A DNA stretch of 32,959 nucleotides from a virus (Duplodnaviria; Caudoviricetes), in the IMG/VR virus record IMGVR_UViG_3300020045_016384, positions 1 through 32,959 of that record. One strand, given 5' to 3'. The notes below the pieces were generated by a model. That model worked only from the letters and a program-made list of their open reading frames with translations, was not told the origin of the DNA and searched no databases. The translations under genes and the position numbers were made by a program. Shown piece by piece: positions 14,917-23,401 of this stretch. The stretch's first letter is position 1; every line of letters begins with the position of its first letter.

Positions 14917-14945
14917 AGTAAAACATAAAAATAAAATAGTGTCAA
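14917..14945 (-). promoter_or_regulatory. Sigma70-type promoter
   Basis: Minus strand TTGACA-ctattttatttttatgt-TTTACT (17-nt spacer); closely resembles the promoter at 513-541. Confidence 0.75.
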
Positions 14946-14952
14946 CACAAAT

Positions 14953-14980
14953 AAAAAGCCCCGAATTAGTCGGGGCTTTT
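14953..14980 (-). terminator. Rho-independent terminator (potentially bidirectional)
   Basis: AAAAAGCCCCGA-attag-TCGGGGCTTTT downstream of the TetR-like gene. Confidence 0.85.
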
Positions 14981-15001
14981 CAATAACTTGGCAACGTTCA
15001 A

Positions 15002-15487
15002 TTATGGTAGTGGCGGCAAGCCTGACAAGGGCAATGGTGGCGGTGGCGGCAAAGCGTCAATCACAAGTGGTGGAGCTTTTGGCATGCGTGCTGCTTTTTT
15101 AGGCGGCGAAATAGAACTCGTTACCGGCTTGTTCGATACTGTCTTTACAGACTTTTTTGCAACCACCTTTACTTTTGGATTTACGATTTGCTTTTTTGCA
15201 ACAGGTGGTTTTTCCTTGTCATGCGAACGTAATTTGGCACCGATTGCTTTTTGTTTTTCAGCAGACGGTTCGACAACACCTGCTTTCTTTGCGGCGCGCG
15301 CATAAACCGCTTGTGCATCTTTGGTATTACCGAAATAATTCGTCACCAAGGGTTCCGAAACTTTGGCAGCAGTCGCCACCATTCGGCGTGTGATATTTTT
15401 TGAACCGTACTTGCCGACCAATTTGATTGCAACTTCAAGGATGGCCGCTTTGCGTTCTTTGGCAGTCATCAAGTCTTTATTACTCAT
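15002..15487 (-). CDS. TetR-like HTH protein with Lys/Pro-rich low-complexity tail
   Basis: RKAAILEVAIKL...G...ITRRMVATAAKVSEPLVTNYFGN matches the TetR N-terminal HTH; AAGGAG RBS. Confidence 0.75.
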   Translation of the reverse strand: MSNKDLMTAKERKAAILEVAIKLVGKYGSKNITRRMVATAAKVSEPLVTNYFGNTKDAQAVYARAAKKAGVVEPSAEKQKAIGAKLRSHDKEKPPVAKKQIVNPKVKVVAKKSVKTVSNKPVTSSISPPKKAARMPKAPPLVIDALPPPPPLPLSGLPPLP

Positions 15488-15497
15488 GTGTGTCTCC

Positions 15498-15980
15498 TTA
15501 AAAATTAAATGAACCTGGGCCTGTGCAGAATGCAGCATCGCCACCTTTTGATATTACAAAATTACACCAACTTAATTGCGCAGTTTCATGCGCATCGCCA
15601 CAAAAAACCCATCCTTCTTTTTTAATCTCACGACTTACAAACTGGCCGATGGTTTGACCGACATGTTGCTGCGCGATAAGTACAGGTTTGATACCAATTA
15701 AATCGCCCGACTTTATTTTTTCATTCTGCTTCTTGCTTTCGTTCGCCAAACCATAGCGAACAGGAACACCGCGACTATCAAGTAAAGCCCCAACATTGTT
15801 TCGTGTGAGCCAGATTCCTTTTTTAGCAGCTTCGATTCGGACGAGCGATTGCTGTAATGCTTCACTTGCTGTTCCCTCGTCCCCTGGCAGTGGGGCATGA
15901 TCTACGCCAAGTCTATTTCTCAAATCGAACATAGCAGCGTCCGATATGCCCCACTGCCGCGCCCAATCGTCAAGGTGCAT
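15498..15980 (-). CDS. VRR-NUC-type PD-(D/E)XK nuclease (resolvase-like)
   Basis: SEALQQ, RNNVG, SGDLIGI, FVSREIK, Q..W and GGDA motifs. Confidence 0.8.
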   Translation of the reverse strand: MHLDDWARQWGISDAAMFDLRNRLGVDHAPLPGDEGTASEALQQSLVRIEAAKKGIWLTRNNVGALLDSRGVPVRYGLANESKKQNEKIKSGDLIGIKPVLIAQQHVGQTIGQFVSREIKKEGWVFCGDAHETAQLSWCNFVISKGGDAAFCTGPGSFNF

Positions 15981-16152
15981 TTACGACACCAAAAGGAACA
16001 ACGTACCATTCAAATGCTGGATGTTGTTCTTTAAGTAGATCGCGTCTTGCATTCGCGTGCTGTTCGTCAGAATACAATTTAAAACTTTGCATATCTTCCG
16101 TGACCTCGAAAAGTACGAACACGTCAAACTTTTTGAAAACTACACCGTACAT
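15970..16152 (-). CDS. Hypothetical protein (60 aa)
   Basis: ATG 16152 with AGGTG upstream. Confidence 0.6.
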   Translation of the reverse strand: MYGVVFKKFDVFVLFEVTEDMQSFKLYSDEQHANARRDLLKEQHPAFEWYVVPFGVVNAP

Positions 16153-16319
16153 GCTTTCACCTGATTGATTGGGATTTTCTTTTTGATACGTTTGCCGCAA
16201 AGAGATTTTACAAATACTTCAATCGGCTTTTCGTAATCTACCTGACTGCAAGTCCAAAGCACTTTCCACTTTTTACCATCTGTCGTTTCGACTACTTGAC
16301 CATCTGCAAATTTTCGCAT
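16140..16319 (-). CDS. Hypothetical protein (59 aa)
   Basis: MRKFADGQVVETTDGKKWKVLWTCSQ...NQVKACTV*; strong GGAGG RBS; not in the ORF track. Confidence 0.75.
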   Translation of the reverse strand: MRKFADGQVVETTDGKKWKVLWTCSQVDYEKPIEVFVKSLCGKRIKKKIPINQVKACTV

Positions 16320-16340
16320 TTGTCCTCCATTTGAATTGTT

Positions 16341-16440
16341 GTCGGTACTTTCCCGACTGTCATCTTTGCAAAGGTTCCCAGTTATTCATCGTCAGGGGGA
16401 ACTCCACGGCAGACGATCCAGATGTTAGTTGTTGCAAAGA
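16341..16440 (-). ncRNA. Structured RNA element in the leader
   Basis: Stem TCTTTGCAA/TTGCAAAGA enclosing GTTCCC/GGGAAC, followed by the hairpin GTCGG-GAAAGTA-CCGAC just upstream of an RBS. Confidence 0.45.
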
Positions 16441-16469
16441 ATCACTAACCCACGGCTCTAAATCTAAAA

Positions 16470-16591
16470 CCCTTCGTATCCGATTTGAACGGATGGTGAG
16501 TAAAGCCGCTTTAGGCGGTGACTACACCGGAAGGTAATTCCGACTTTACCCATCTATACCCATCAACCTTAAACCACTCAGTCAACGAAGT
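16470..16591 (-). ncRNA. tRNA-like RNA with an expanded, branched central region
   Basis: Acceptor-like CTTCGT/ACGAAG, D arm TG-ACT-GAGTGGTTTAA-GGT, T arm ATCCG-TTCAAAT-CGGAT; about 70 nt lie between the D and T arms. Confidence 0.65.
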
Positions 16592-16646
16592 GTATCAACC
16601 AGTTCCTTTGGCGGGGGAGGGCTTCCGGCCCTGGTTGACGATTTGG

Positions 16647-16675
16647 ACTCTACTGCTACTTTTTAATTGTGTCAA
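16647..16675 (-). promoter_or_regulatory. Sigma70-type promoter for the non-coding leader
   Basis: Minus strand TTGACA-N17-TAGAGT immediately after the helicase stop. Confidence 0.75.
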
Positions 16676-18358
16676 CTACTTTGTCACTTTTTCAATAATC
16701 TTGTCCCGCAGCTTCTTGGCTTCCGCCGCGTTAAGTGCCTTTGCGGCCAATGTGTCAACGCCGTATGTCAGGAAAAACTTGCGGTTGTTTACCCGCTCGT
16801 TAATGTTAGGCGGTAGCACAAGCGACATGGTTTGCCGCAATTCATGTTGCGTGTGTTGACGCTCTTCATGCCGCCTGCGAACAGCAGCAACTACTTCCGG
16901 CCCAACGTCACGCGGTATTGCGCAGAAGCCATCGAGGCGTTGTACTTCACCAAACAATTTCTTCAACATTTCTTCGGTGTACAAATGCAAATCACCATCG
17001 ACATATTCTGGTCGCGAACGATCAGCTGGTGGATCGGGTTCTTTTCCACAGAAGGGGCAGGCTGGATAAATGCGTTCGTAATATTCCATGCAGGCTTTAT
17101 TATCGCACGCGCGACCTGGAATGCGATCAGGATTTTTATTTGAACGACCTTCAAGCGACCAAGGCGTGTCTCTCCAATCAGGAGGCCCATAGTGTGTGAT
17201 AGTGTTGCCCACCATGTCGATCACTATTGCGTAAGGCTTCGCGCTTTCGGCAATGTGTTTCAATCGTTGCGGTACCGAAAACGTATCCCATGCCCCGTGC
17301 AAAATTTTACTAATCATCAAGCGTAGCGATCTGCCCCATTGCTGCGTGAACAAACAGCCCGATGCAGTTGGTCGCGCCATAATGACTAATTCCAAAGCAG
17401 GTACATCGACACCTTCGCCAAATAGATCAACGTTCATCACCATCAATATTTTTCGTTCGGCTAACTCACGCATCGTTGCCCGCCGTTCGATGTCAGGTGT
17501 ATCCGCAGAAACTATTTTTGCGGGAATGCCAGCAGCACTAAATGCGTTTGCCATTTTTGTAGCTTCTTCAACATCGACACAAAACGCAATGCCGATTTTA
17601 CCCATCGCATGTTCTTTGTAAGTTTTAACTGCGTCACCAATAATTCGAGTATTGGCTTTTACTTTGCGAACGGTCTGATCGTGATTGTACTCGCCAGTGA
17701 TCGGACTGATATCAACATCAGTCATATCGAAGTCAGATGGTTGCGCCATGATGACGCGATAGCCGGTAAGAAATCCGTTGTCGATCATCCAACGTAATCG
17801 TGGCCCTTCAATCAATGCGTCAACTAGACCGGCAGAATGCGAACCCAATCCTTTACCATCGGTACGTTCTGGAAATGCGGTTGGAAACATGCCGCGTGCA
17901 TTGGGAAAAATACTAAATGCTCTACCCCATTTATTTTCACGAAGAACGTGATGCCCTTCGTCTTGAAAAACCATATCGACACGTTCTGTCCAACTACGCG
18001 GAAGTTCTCTACGTAAAATAGTATCAACGCTTGCCACTTTCCAATTAGATCGAGTGTCGTAATAAGATCGGCCGACCTCTTCCATGTGCGCAGTTACAAT
18101 TCCTTTGATGACCTGTTTGGGTGCAATGATGTCGTGACGAACACCTTCTTTGGCAAGTGCGATTGACAACTGCATATTTAATTCTGATCGATGGGCAATA
18201 GCGCAACCATAGCCCCCATGATTTCTGGCAGTGTCACCCATCAATACTGTTTTACCGGCACCTGTTGGCAGCACTGGCATAACACACCTTGCTCCTTCAT
18301 CCCAAGCGTCATAACAGCCTTGTTGTACTTGGGCCTGGAACGATCTGAGTCTTGTCAT
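16676..18358 (-). CDS. SF2 (DExH) DNA helicase with C-terminal Zn finger
   Basis: LPTGAGKT, QDEGHH, TAFPERTDG, GEGVDVP, QQWGRSLR and C..K.C...CPFCG. Confidence 0.92.
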   Translation of the reverse strand: MTRLRSFQAQVQQGCYDAWDEGARCVMPVLPTGAGKTVLMGDTARNHGGYGCAIAHRSELNMQLSIALAKEGVRHDIIAPKQVIKGIVTAHMEEVGRSYYDTRSNWKVASVDTILRRELPRSWTERVDMVFQDEGHHVLRENKWGRAFSIFPNARGMFPTAFPERTDGKGLGSHSAGLVDALIEGPRLRWMIDNGFLTGYRVIMAQPSDFDMTDVDISPITGEYNHDQTVRKVKANTRIIGDAVKTYKEHAMGKIGIAFCVDVEEATKMANAFSAAGIPAKIVSADTPDIERRATMRELAERKILMVMNVDLFGEGVDVPALELVIMARPTASGCLFTQQWGRSLRLMISKILHGAWDTFSVPQRLKHIAESAKPYAIVIDMVGNTITHYGPPDWRDTPWSLEGRSNKNPDRIPGRACDNKACMEYYERIYPACPFCGKEPDPPADRSRPEYVDGDLHLYTEEMLKKLFGEVQRLDGFCAIPRDVGPEVVAAVRRRHEERQHTQHELRQTMSLVLPPNINERVNNRKFFLTYGVDTLAAKALNAAEAKKLRDKIIEKVTK

Positions 18359-18371
18359 ATAATCCCTTGAG

Positions 18372-18423
18372 TTGACACTATTGCAATTGTGTCAATAGTA
18401 GAGTAATGTCCGTTCCGTGGCAA
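18372..18423. promoter_or_regulatory. Divergent promoter region with palindromic operator
   Basis: Palindrome TTGACAC-tATTGCAATt-GTGTCAA (18372-18395). Leftward TTGCCA-N17-TACTAT (18423-18395); weaker rightward TTGCAA-N17-TAATGT (18381-18409). Confidence 0.6.
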
Positions 18424-18456
18424 GTCCACGTAACCCACTTATAATTGGAGCAGCAC

Positions 18457-19059
18457 ATGAGTAAATTGATTCTTTTCTCCCTCGCAATCAACGCAACACC
18501 CGCAGATGTCAATGAAGTGATCGATACCATCCGCCGCACATTCAATGTTGAAGCCGAAGGTACCGTTGCACCGGCAGCAGCACTCGCAGCACAAAACACC
18601 AACGTTGTAAATTTGACACCGGCTGCAACAGGTGAACTCGATTCGAAAGGCATGGCATGGGACATGCGCATCCATTCGAGTAGCAAAGGTAAAAACGCCG
18701 ATGGTTCATGGCGCGGTAAAAAAGGTTTGGATGAAGCAACTAGAAATGCAGTCCTGGCCGAAATCGCTGCCACCAAGTCTTCGGCACCGGCAGCACAATT
18801 GCAACTCCCAACACTTCCAGCAACACCAGCAGCATTGCCACAACTTCCCGCCATCGATACGCCGTACACCAAGTTCGTACAATTTGTTGCGGCCAACACC
18901 AAGAGCGCGGAAAATCCAACGGGCCGTTTGACCGATGAATGGGTCAAATCAGCGTTGCTTGGTTACGGCATCGCCGAAGGTTCGTTGCCGAATCTCGCAC
19001 ATCGTGCCGAATTGATTGAGCCTATTCACAACGCATTTAAAACTGCGCTGGGCCTGTAA
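18457..19059 (+). CDS. Replication-module phage protein of unknown function
   Basis: GGAG RBS; ELDSKGMAWDMRIHSSSK...DGSWRGKKG motif; Ala/Pro linker. Confidence 0.85.
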   Translation: MSKLILFSLAINATPADVNEVIDTIRRTFNVEAEGTVAPAAALAAQNTNVVNLTPAATGELDSKGMAWDMRIHSSSKGKNADGSWRGKKGLDEATRNAVLAEIAATKSSAPAAQLQLPTLPATPAALPQLPAIDTPYTKFVQFVAANTKSAENPTGRLTDEWVKSALLGYGIAEGSLPNLAHRAELIEPIHNAFKTALGL

Positions 19060-20190
19060 ATGTCGTTCGCTCAATACATACGTCCTTCGGGTGCGGGTAT
19101 TTGGGCAATTTGTTCTGGGTACGCGGCCATGTGCGCCAACTACCCAGAACTTCCCGATGAACCGGATGATGAAATTCGCGAAGACGGTATCGCTTGCCAT
19201 TGGCTTGTTTATGAAATTTGGAATGGGCGATATCCGCAACTCGATTCATTGTCACCTAACAATCGCATTCTCACGGAAGAAATGTTTGACGCTGCCGATC
19301 AATGGATTGATTTGCTTTTGTCATGGGGAGAAACCCAGAATACGCAATGTGAAAAACAAATTTCTTGTGACATTATTTTAGCCGGAATGAAAGGTACTCC
19401 GGACGCATTTAATTGGAATGCTTCCACAAGAGTTTTGCGAGTAGCCGATTTGAAATTCGGTTTTAAATTTGTAGAAGTCTGGTACAACTTGCAATTGATT
19501 ATCTACGCACTGGCGTTGATTGAATACCTCGGCATCAATGGTATCGATGACCAGCAAACCGTAGTTGAATTTACCATCGTGCAACCGCGCTCATATCATC
19601 GTGAAGGTGACATCAGAACATGGCGTGTTTATGCGAGCGATTTGCGCGGCTATGCAAACATCCTTCGTGATAAAGCACATGCCGCAACGCAACCGAATGC
19701 GCCATGCACGGTCAATCCTGGTTGTCACGATTGCCGCGCGCGTCACGCTTGCATGACTTTCCAGCAAGCCGCATTAACCGCAGTGGAAATAAGTTACCAA
19801 GGCTTGCCTTTGGAATTATCACCGGCAGCACTGGGTAACGAAAGGCGCATCATCAAACAATCGATCAAGCGTCTTGAAGGTAGGCTTAGCGGCATCGATG
19901 CACAAATACAAGCATTGATTACCAGCGGTACCGTGGTTCCTTACGCGGCTATCGTTCCGCATTATCATCGCGAATGTTACTTACCTGGTGTTAAGCCAGC
20001 CGTTTTAAATTTAGGGAAGTATTTTAACAAGGATGTTGCAAAACCAAGGGAGCCGGTCAGTCCGGCCAAGTTACGAAAACTGTTGCCGCCAGATATCGTG
20101 GCAGCTTATGCGCATAAGCCGTTGAGCGGTTACAAAGTTGCGACCGCCGATCCACTCGAAGCCGTGAAGAAATTCACAAAACAACCGTAG
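19060..20190 (+). CDS. Cas4-like PD-(D/E)XK exonuclease (DUF2800 type)
   Basis: N-terminal RPS...W..C, GTPDA, DLKFG, QL..YA and C-terminal C..C.....C cluster ligands. Confidence 0.85.
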   Translation: MSFAQYIRPSGAGIWAICSGYAAMCANYPELPDEPDDEIREDGIACHWLVYEIWNGRYPQLDSLSPNNRILTEEMFDAADQWIDLLLSWGETQNTQCEKQISCDIILAGMKGTPDAFNWNASTRVLRVADLKFGFKFVEVWYNLQLIIYALALIEYLGINGIDDQQTVVEFTIVQPRSYHREGDIRTWRVYASDLRGYANILRDKAHAATQPNAPCTVNPGCHDCRARHACMTFQQAALTAVEISYQGLPLELSPAALGNERRIIKQSIKRLEGRLSGIDAQIQALITSGTVVPYAAIVPHYHRECYLPGVKPAVLNLGKYFNKDVAKPREPVSPAKLRKLLPPDIVAAYAHKPLSGYKVATADPLEAVKKFTKQP

Positions 20191-20199
20191 GAGTTTCAC

Positions 20200-21156
20200 A
20201 TGACAGTAAATTTTATTAGCCCTGTTGGCCGTCTCGTTCAAGGTGGCGTTAGCCTGAACGACAAGGTTGACGATGATGGTAAAAAAGTTATCGATCCGGA
20301 AACCGGACTTCAGATCAAAGAATGTTTCATCGCATTGGCAATCGCAAAAACCGATCCAGAATTACCGGCGTTTTATGCCAACTTTGTTGCAGCAGCGCAC
20401 GAAGCGCATCCCACTATCGTTGCCGCAAATGGCGCATGCAGCCATCCAAAGTTCTCTTGGAAAATTCAAGATGGCGATGGTGTTGACTCGAATGGTAAAA
20501 GCGTTGCCGACAAACCTGGTTTTGCTGGTCACTACATTTTCAAAATGAGTACCCGTTATTTGCCGCGTTGCTTCCATTACGGCAAGTATGATCCTTCGCA
20601 GCAAATTCAAAATGCTCACGAAGTCATCAAGAAGGGCTATTACATTCGGGTATCGGGTATCACTCGTGGCAATGGTGTTGCATTGACCGAAGTTAAAAAA
20701 GTGCCTGGTATTTTCGTGTCGCCCGACCTGATCGAATTGGTAGGCTACGGCCCTGAAATTGTCACCGGCCCAGATGCAAACAAAGTGTTCGGTGGAGCGG
20801 CTATAACCCATACCCCCGCAGGCATGTCCGCAACGCCAACGGTTGCCCCAGCAGCGCCATCAAACGGCTTGTCGCCACCGCCAATGCCAGGTGCCGCTCC
20901 GGCGCTCCCTGCGCTTCCTGGTGCTGCCGCATTGCCAGCCCTGCCTACGCTCCCAGGTGCCGCTCCGGCGCTCCCTGCGCTACCAGCCGTGACTCCGGCA
21001 ATGCCTGCCATGCCAGCAATGTCTCCGGTCGCTCCTGCGGCTCCCCAGTACGCCATGACGGCATCGGCAATGGGATTCACTCGTGAGCAAATGATTACCC
21101 AAGGCTGGAACGATGATGCGCTGATCGCACAAGGTCACATGGTACGAATAGCTTAA
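20200..21156 (+). CDS. ssDNA-binding/annealing protein (DUF2815-like) with Pro/Ala-rich tail
   Basis: SPVGRLVQG, KIQDGDG, PGFAGHYI and GYYIRV; sits between the nuclease and the polymerase; AGGAG RBS. Confidence 0.75.
   Translation: MTVNFISPVGRLVQGGVSLNDKVDDDGKKVIDPETGLQIKECFIALAIAKTDPELPAFYANFVAAAHEAHPTIVAANGACSHPKFSWKIQDGDGVDSNGKSVADKPGFAGHYIFKMSTRYLPRCFHYGKYDPSQQIQNAHEVIKKGYYIRVSGITRGNGVALTEVKKVPGIFVSPDLIELVGYGPEIVTGPDANKVFGGAAITHTPAGMSATPTVAPAAPSNGLSPPPMPGAAPALPALPGAAALPALPTLPGAAPALPALPAVTPAMPAMPAMSPVAPAAPQYAMTASAMGFTREQMITQGWNDDALIAQGHMVRIA
20887..20981 (+). repeat. 29-bp direct repeat within the SSB low-complexity tail
   Basis: CCAGGTGCCGCTCCGGCGCTCCCTGCGCT at 20887 and 20953. Confidence 0.9.
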
Positions 21157-21169
21157 TTTGTTTAACTTT

Positions 21170-21199
21170 ACTGCGGCCTTTAATCGGGCCGCAGTTTTT
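21170..21199 (+). terminator. Rho-independent terminator between SSB and DNA polymerase
   Basis: ACTGCGGCC-loop-GGCCGCAGT followed by a T run. Confidence 0.85.
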
Positions 21200-21213
21200 A
21201 ATGGGAATAGAAA

Positions 21214-23106
21214 ATGGAAGCCGAAGTCGATACCGAGTGTTACAGAAATTTTTGGTTATTTCGTGCGCTCGATCAGCACGGCAAGTTTCACACTTTCCCA
21301 ATGACGAATGAAATGCCTCTGGATCGACAAGGCGTTGCTGATTTTCTCTATCAGCACAAAATTTATACGTTCAACGGCATCAACTACGATATGCCGATGA
21401 TTACGCTGGCTTTGAATGGTGCGACATGTGCGCAACTCAAAGAAGCAAACGATGCAATAATCACAAAAGGTTTGAAGCCTTGGGATTTTTATAACTACTA
21501 CAATATCCAGCCGCTTGATTATTTGAATCATGTTGACTTGATCGAAGTGGCACCCGGCGTGCGAATCAGTTTGAAACTATACGCCGGTCGCAATCATTCC
21601 TTAAAGATGCAAGACTTACCTTATCCGCACGATAAGGAATTGTCGCCTTGGGAAATGTTTAACACGACTGACTACTGCGGTAACGATCTTTGGAACACGA
21701 AAGATTTACGGGTAGCATTGGCAGGCGAGATAGCTCTTCGTGACGCATTGACCTACAAATACCAAGTCGATCTGCGAAGTAAATCAGATGCGCAGATTGC
21801 CGAAGCCATTATTAAAACCAAACTGACGTTCAAGCCGCAACGCCGATACATTCCGCATGGCTACAATTTTTACTGCGATATTCCCCCACACATCAAATTC
21901 GCCACACCTGAATTACAGGAAGTGCTTTCGATTGTTCGCAACGCATCGTTTGTGGTGGAAGACAAAGAGCAAGCTATCGAACTTGGCATTCTCGAAGGTG
22001 TGCGTACTGGTGTAAAGATTCCCGATGAACTTAAAAAGATGGTCATCAAAATAGGCAACGGAAAATATAAATTCGGTATTGGTGGATTACATTCACAAGA
22101 ACAAACTGTTTCTTACTACACGAACGATTATGTCGAATATGAAGACATCGATGTCGATAGTTTTTACCCAACCAGCATTTTGAATGCGAACATGTACCCC
22201 GAACAAATTGGCCCAGGTTTCATTCCGATCTACCGTGAGATTTATGATCGCCGATTGTTTTGTAAATCGGAAGCTAAACGTCTTGAAAAGATCGCCGCTT
22301 ATTTAGACGGTCAAGATAAGAACGATACGATTCATCAGCAAGCGCAAATGACCGTAGAGAACGAAGGATTAAAGATTGTGCTTAACGGCACCTTTGGAAA
22401 ATTGTTCTCCATGTGGAGCGTTGTTTACGCACCTGAACTTGGCATCAAGGTCACTATCGGAAATCAATTGTCATTGCTCATGCTAATTGAAATGTTGGAA
22501 CTTAGCGGCATTCGTGTCGTGTCTGCAAACACCGATGGCCTGGTGGTCGAAATAAAAAAAGGCATGCGCAAAATATTTGAAGACGTTGTTAGATGGTGGG
22601 AACAAGTTGGCGGATTCACCATGTCGTCTAAAAAATATAGATCGATCCATTTTCGCGATGTCAACAATTACGTTGCAATCGACAGCGATGGTAAGGCAAA
22701 ACGCAAAGGTGTTTTCGGCCAAGGCGGAATTACTAAAAAGAAACATCCGGAAAAAGAAATCTGTTCCGATGCAGTGGTTGAATATTTACTCAATGGCACA
22801 TCGATTCGCGAAACGATTAAAAAATGCAATGACATTCGCAAATTCGTTGTGATCCGGCAAGCCAAAGGTGGCGCATGCTATTCCAAAACCGGAGAGTACC
22901 TTGGCAAAGCAATTCGCTGGTACTACGGCATGGAGCCTTGGTTCATCGCAACGGTTGGTAGCGGTAATCGTGTTGCCGGATCGGAGTATGCAGTACCGTG
23001 CATGCAGCTTCCGCCCATCATGCCGACCGATGTGAATCACGAATATTACATTCGTGAAGCAATGGAAATGTTGAAGGACATAGGAGTAGTTTATGGCCGC
23101 GATTAA
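21214..23106 (+). CDS. DNA polymerase, family B-type, with 3'-5' exonuclease
   Basis: Exo motifs DTECY, FNGINYD and YCGND; polymerase motifs DVDSFYP, KIVLNGTFGK and NTDG. Confidence 0.92.
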   Translation: MEAEVDTECYRNFWLFRALDQHGKFHTFPMTNEMPLDRQGVADFLYQHKIYTFNGINYDMPMITLALNGATCAQLKEANDAIITKGLKPWDFYNYYNIQPLDYLNHVDLIEVAPGVRISLKLYAGRNHSLKMQDLPYPHDKELSPWEMFNTTDYCGNDLWNTKDLRVALAGEIALRDALTYKYQVDLRSKSDAQIAEAIIKTKLTFKPQRRYIPHGYNFYCDIPPHIKFATPELQEVLSIVRNASFVVEDKEQAIELGILEGVRTGVKIPDELKKMVIKIGNGKYKFGIGGLHSQEQTVSYYTNDYVEYEDIDVDSFYPTSILNANMYPEQIGPGFIPIYREIYDRRLFCKSEAKRLEKIAAYLDGQDKNDTIHQQAQMTVENEGLKIVLNGTFGKLFSMWSVVYAPELGIKVTIGNQLSLLMLIEMLELSGIRVVSANTDGLVVEIKKGMRKIFEDVVRWWEQVGGFTMSSKKYRSIHFRDVNNYVAIDSDGKAKRKGVFGQGGITKKKHPEKEICSDAVVEYLLNGTSIRETIKKCNDIRKFVVIRQAKGGACYSKTGEYLGKAIRWYYGMEPWFIATVGSGNRVAGSEYAVPCMQLPPIMPTDVNHEYYIREAMEMLKDIGVVYGRD

Positions 23107-23401
23107 AAAACTGGAACTCGATTTAATGTCTCTTGAAATTCACATGAATGCGTTCAAGGATTTATTGCTGGAGCGTTACCCTTCGGACATTGCGATGGAA
23201 GAGCATTCGCTGAAAGCCATTAATCTATTGACACTTCATACCTTCAATAATACCCGGCATGCCCCTAAATTGCCGGATCGATTAGAAGTCGATGTCAACT
23301 TAGCTGCGGCATTGATGCATGTTCTTCTTATCGCTGCCAAAGGCAAGATACCTGTTGGCAGCATAGTAAGAGAAATGATCGAGTACGATCTGAAGCATTA
23401 A
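23093..23401 (+). CDS. Hypothetical protein
   Basis: AGGAG RBS; overlaps the end of the polymerase gene. Confidence 0.7.
   Translation: MAAIKKLELDLMSLEIHMNAFKDLLLERYPSDIAMEEHSLKAINLLTLHTFNNTRHAPKLPDRLEVDVNLAAALMHVLLIAAKGKIPVGSIVREMIEYDLKH

Noticed and set aside
16345-16400. Hammerhead ribozyme (CTGACGA ... GAAA on the minus strand)
   Set aside because: I could not build stems I-III around the core in the required geometry.
16470-16591. Canonical decoding tRNA or tmRNA
   Set aside because: No 5-bp stem/7-nt anticodon loop compatible with the T arm; too short for tmRNA and has no tag ORF.
16595-16638. SRP RNA (CAGGGCCGGAAG resembles domain IV)
   Set aside because: The conserved AGCAG internal-loop strand is absent.
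18378-18947. Long antisense ORFs (also 20362..20811, 11735..12238, 29155..29496 and similar)
   Set aside because: They are shadows of well-supported genes on the opposite strand, with no RBS or recognisable motifs.
19060-20190. CRISPR-associated Cas4
   Set aside because: The context (SSB, polymerase) is the usual phage replication/recombination module; there are no other cas genes.
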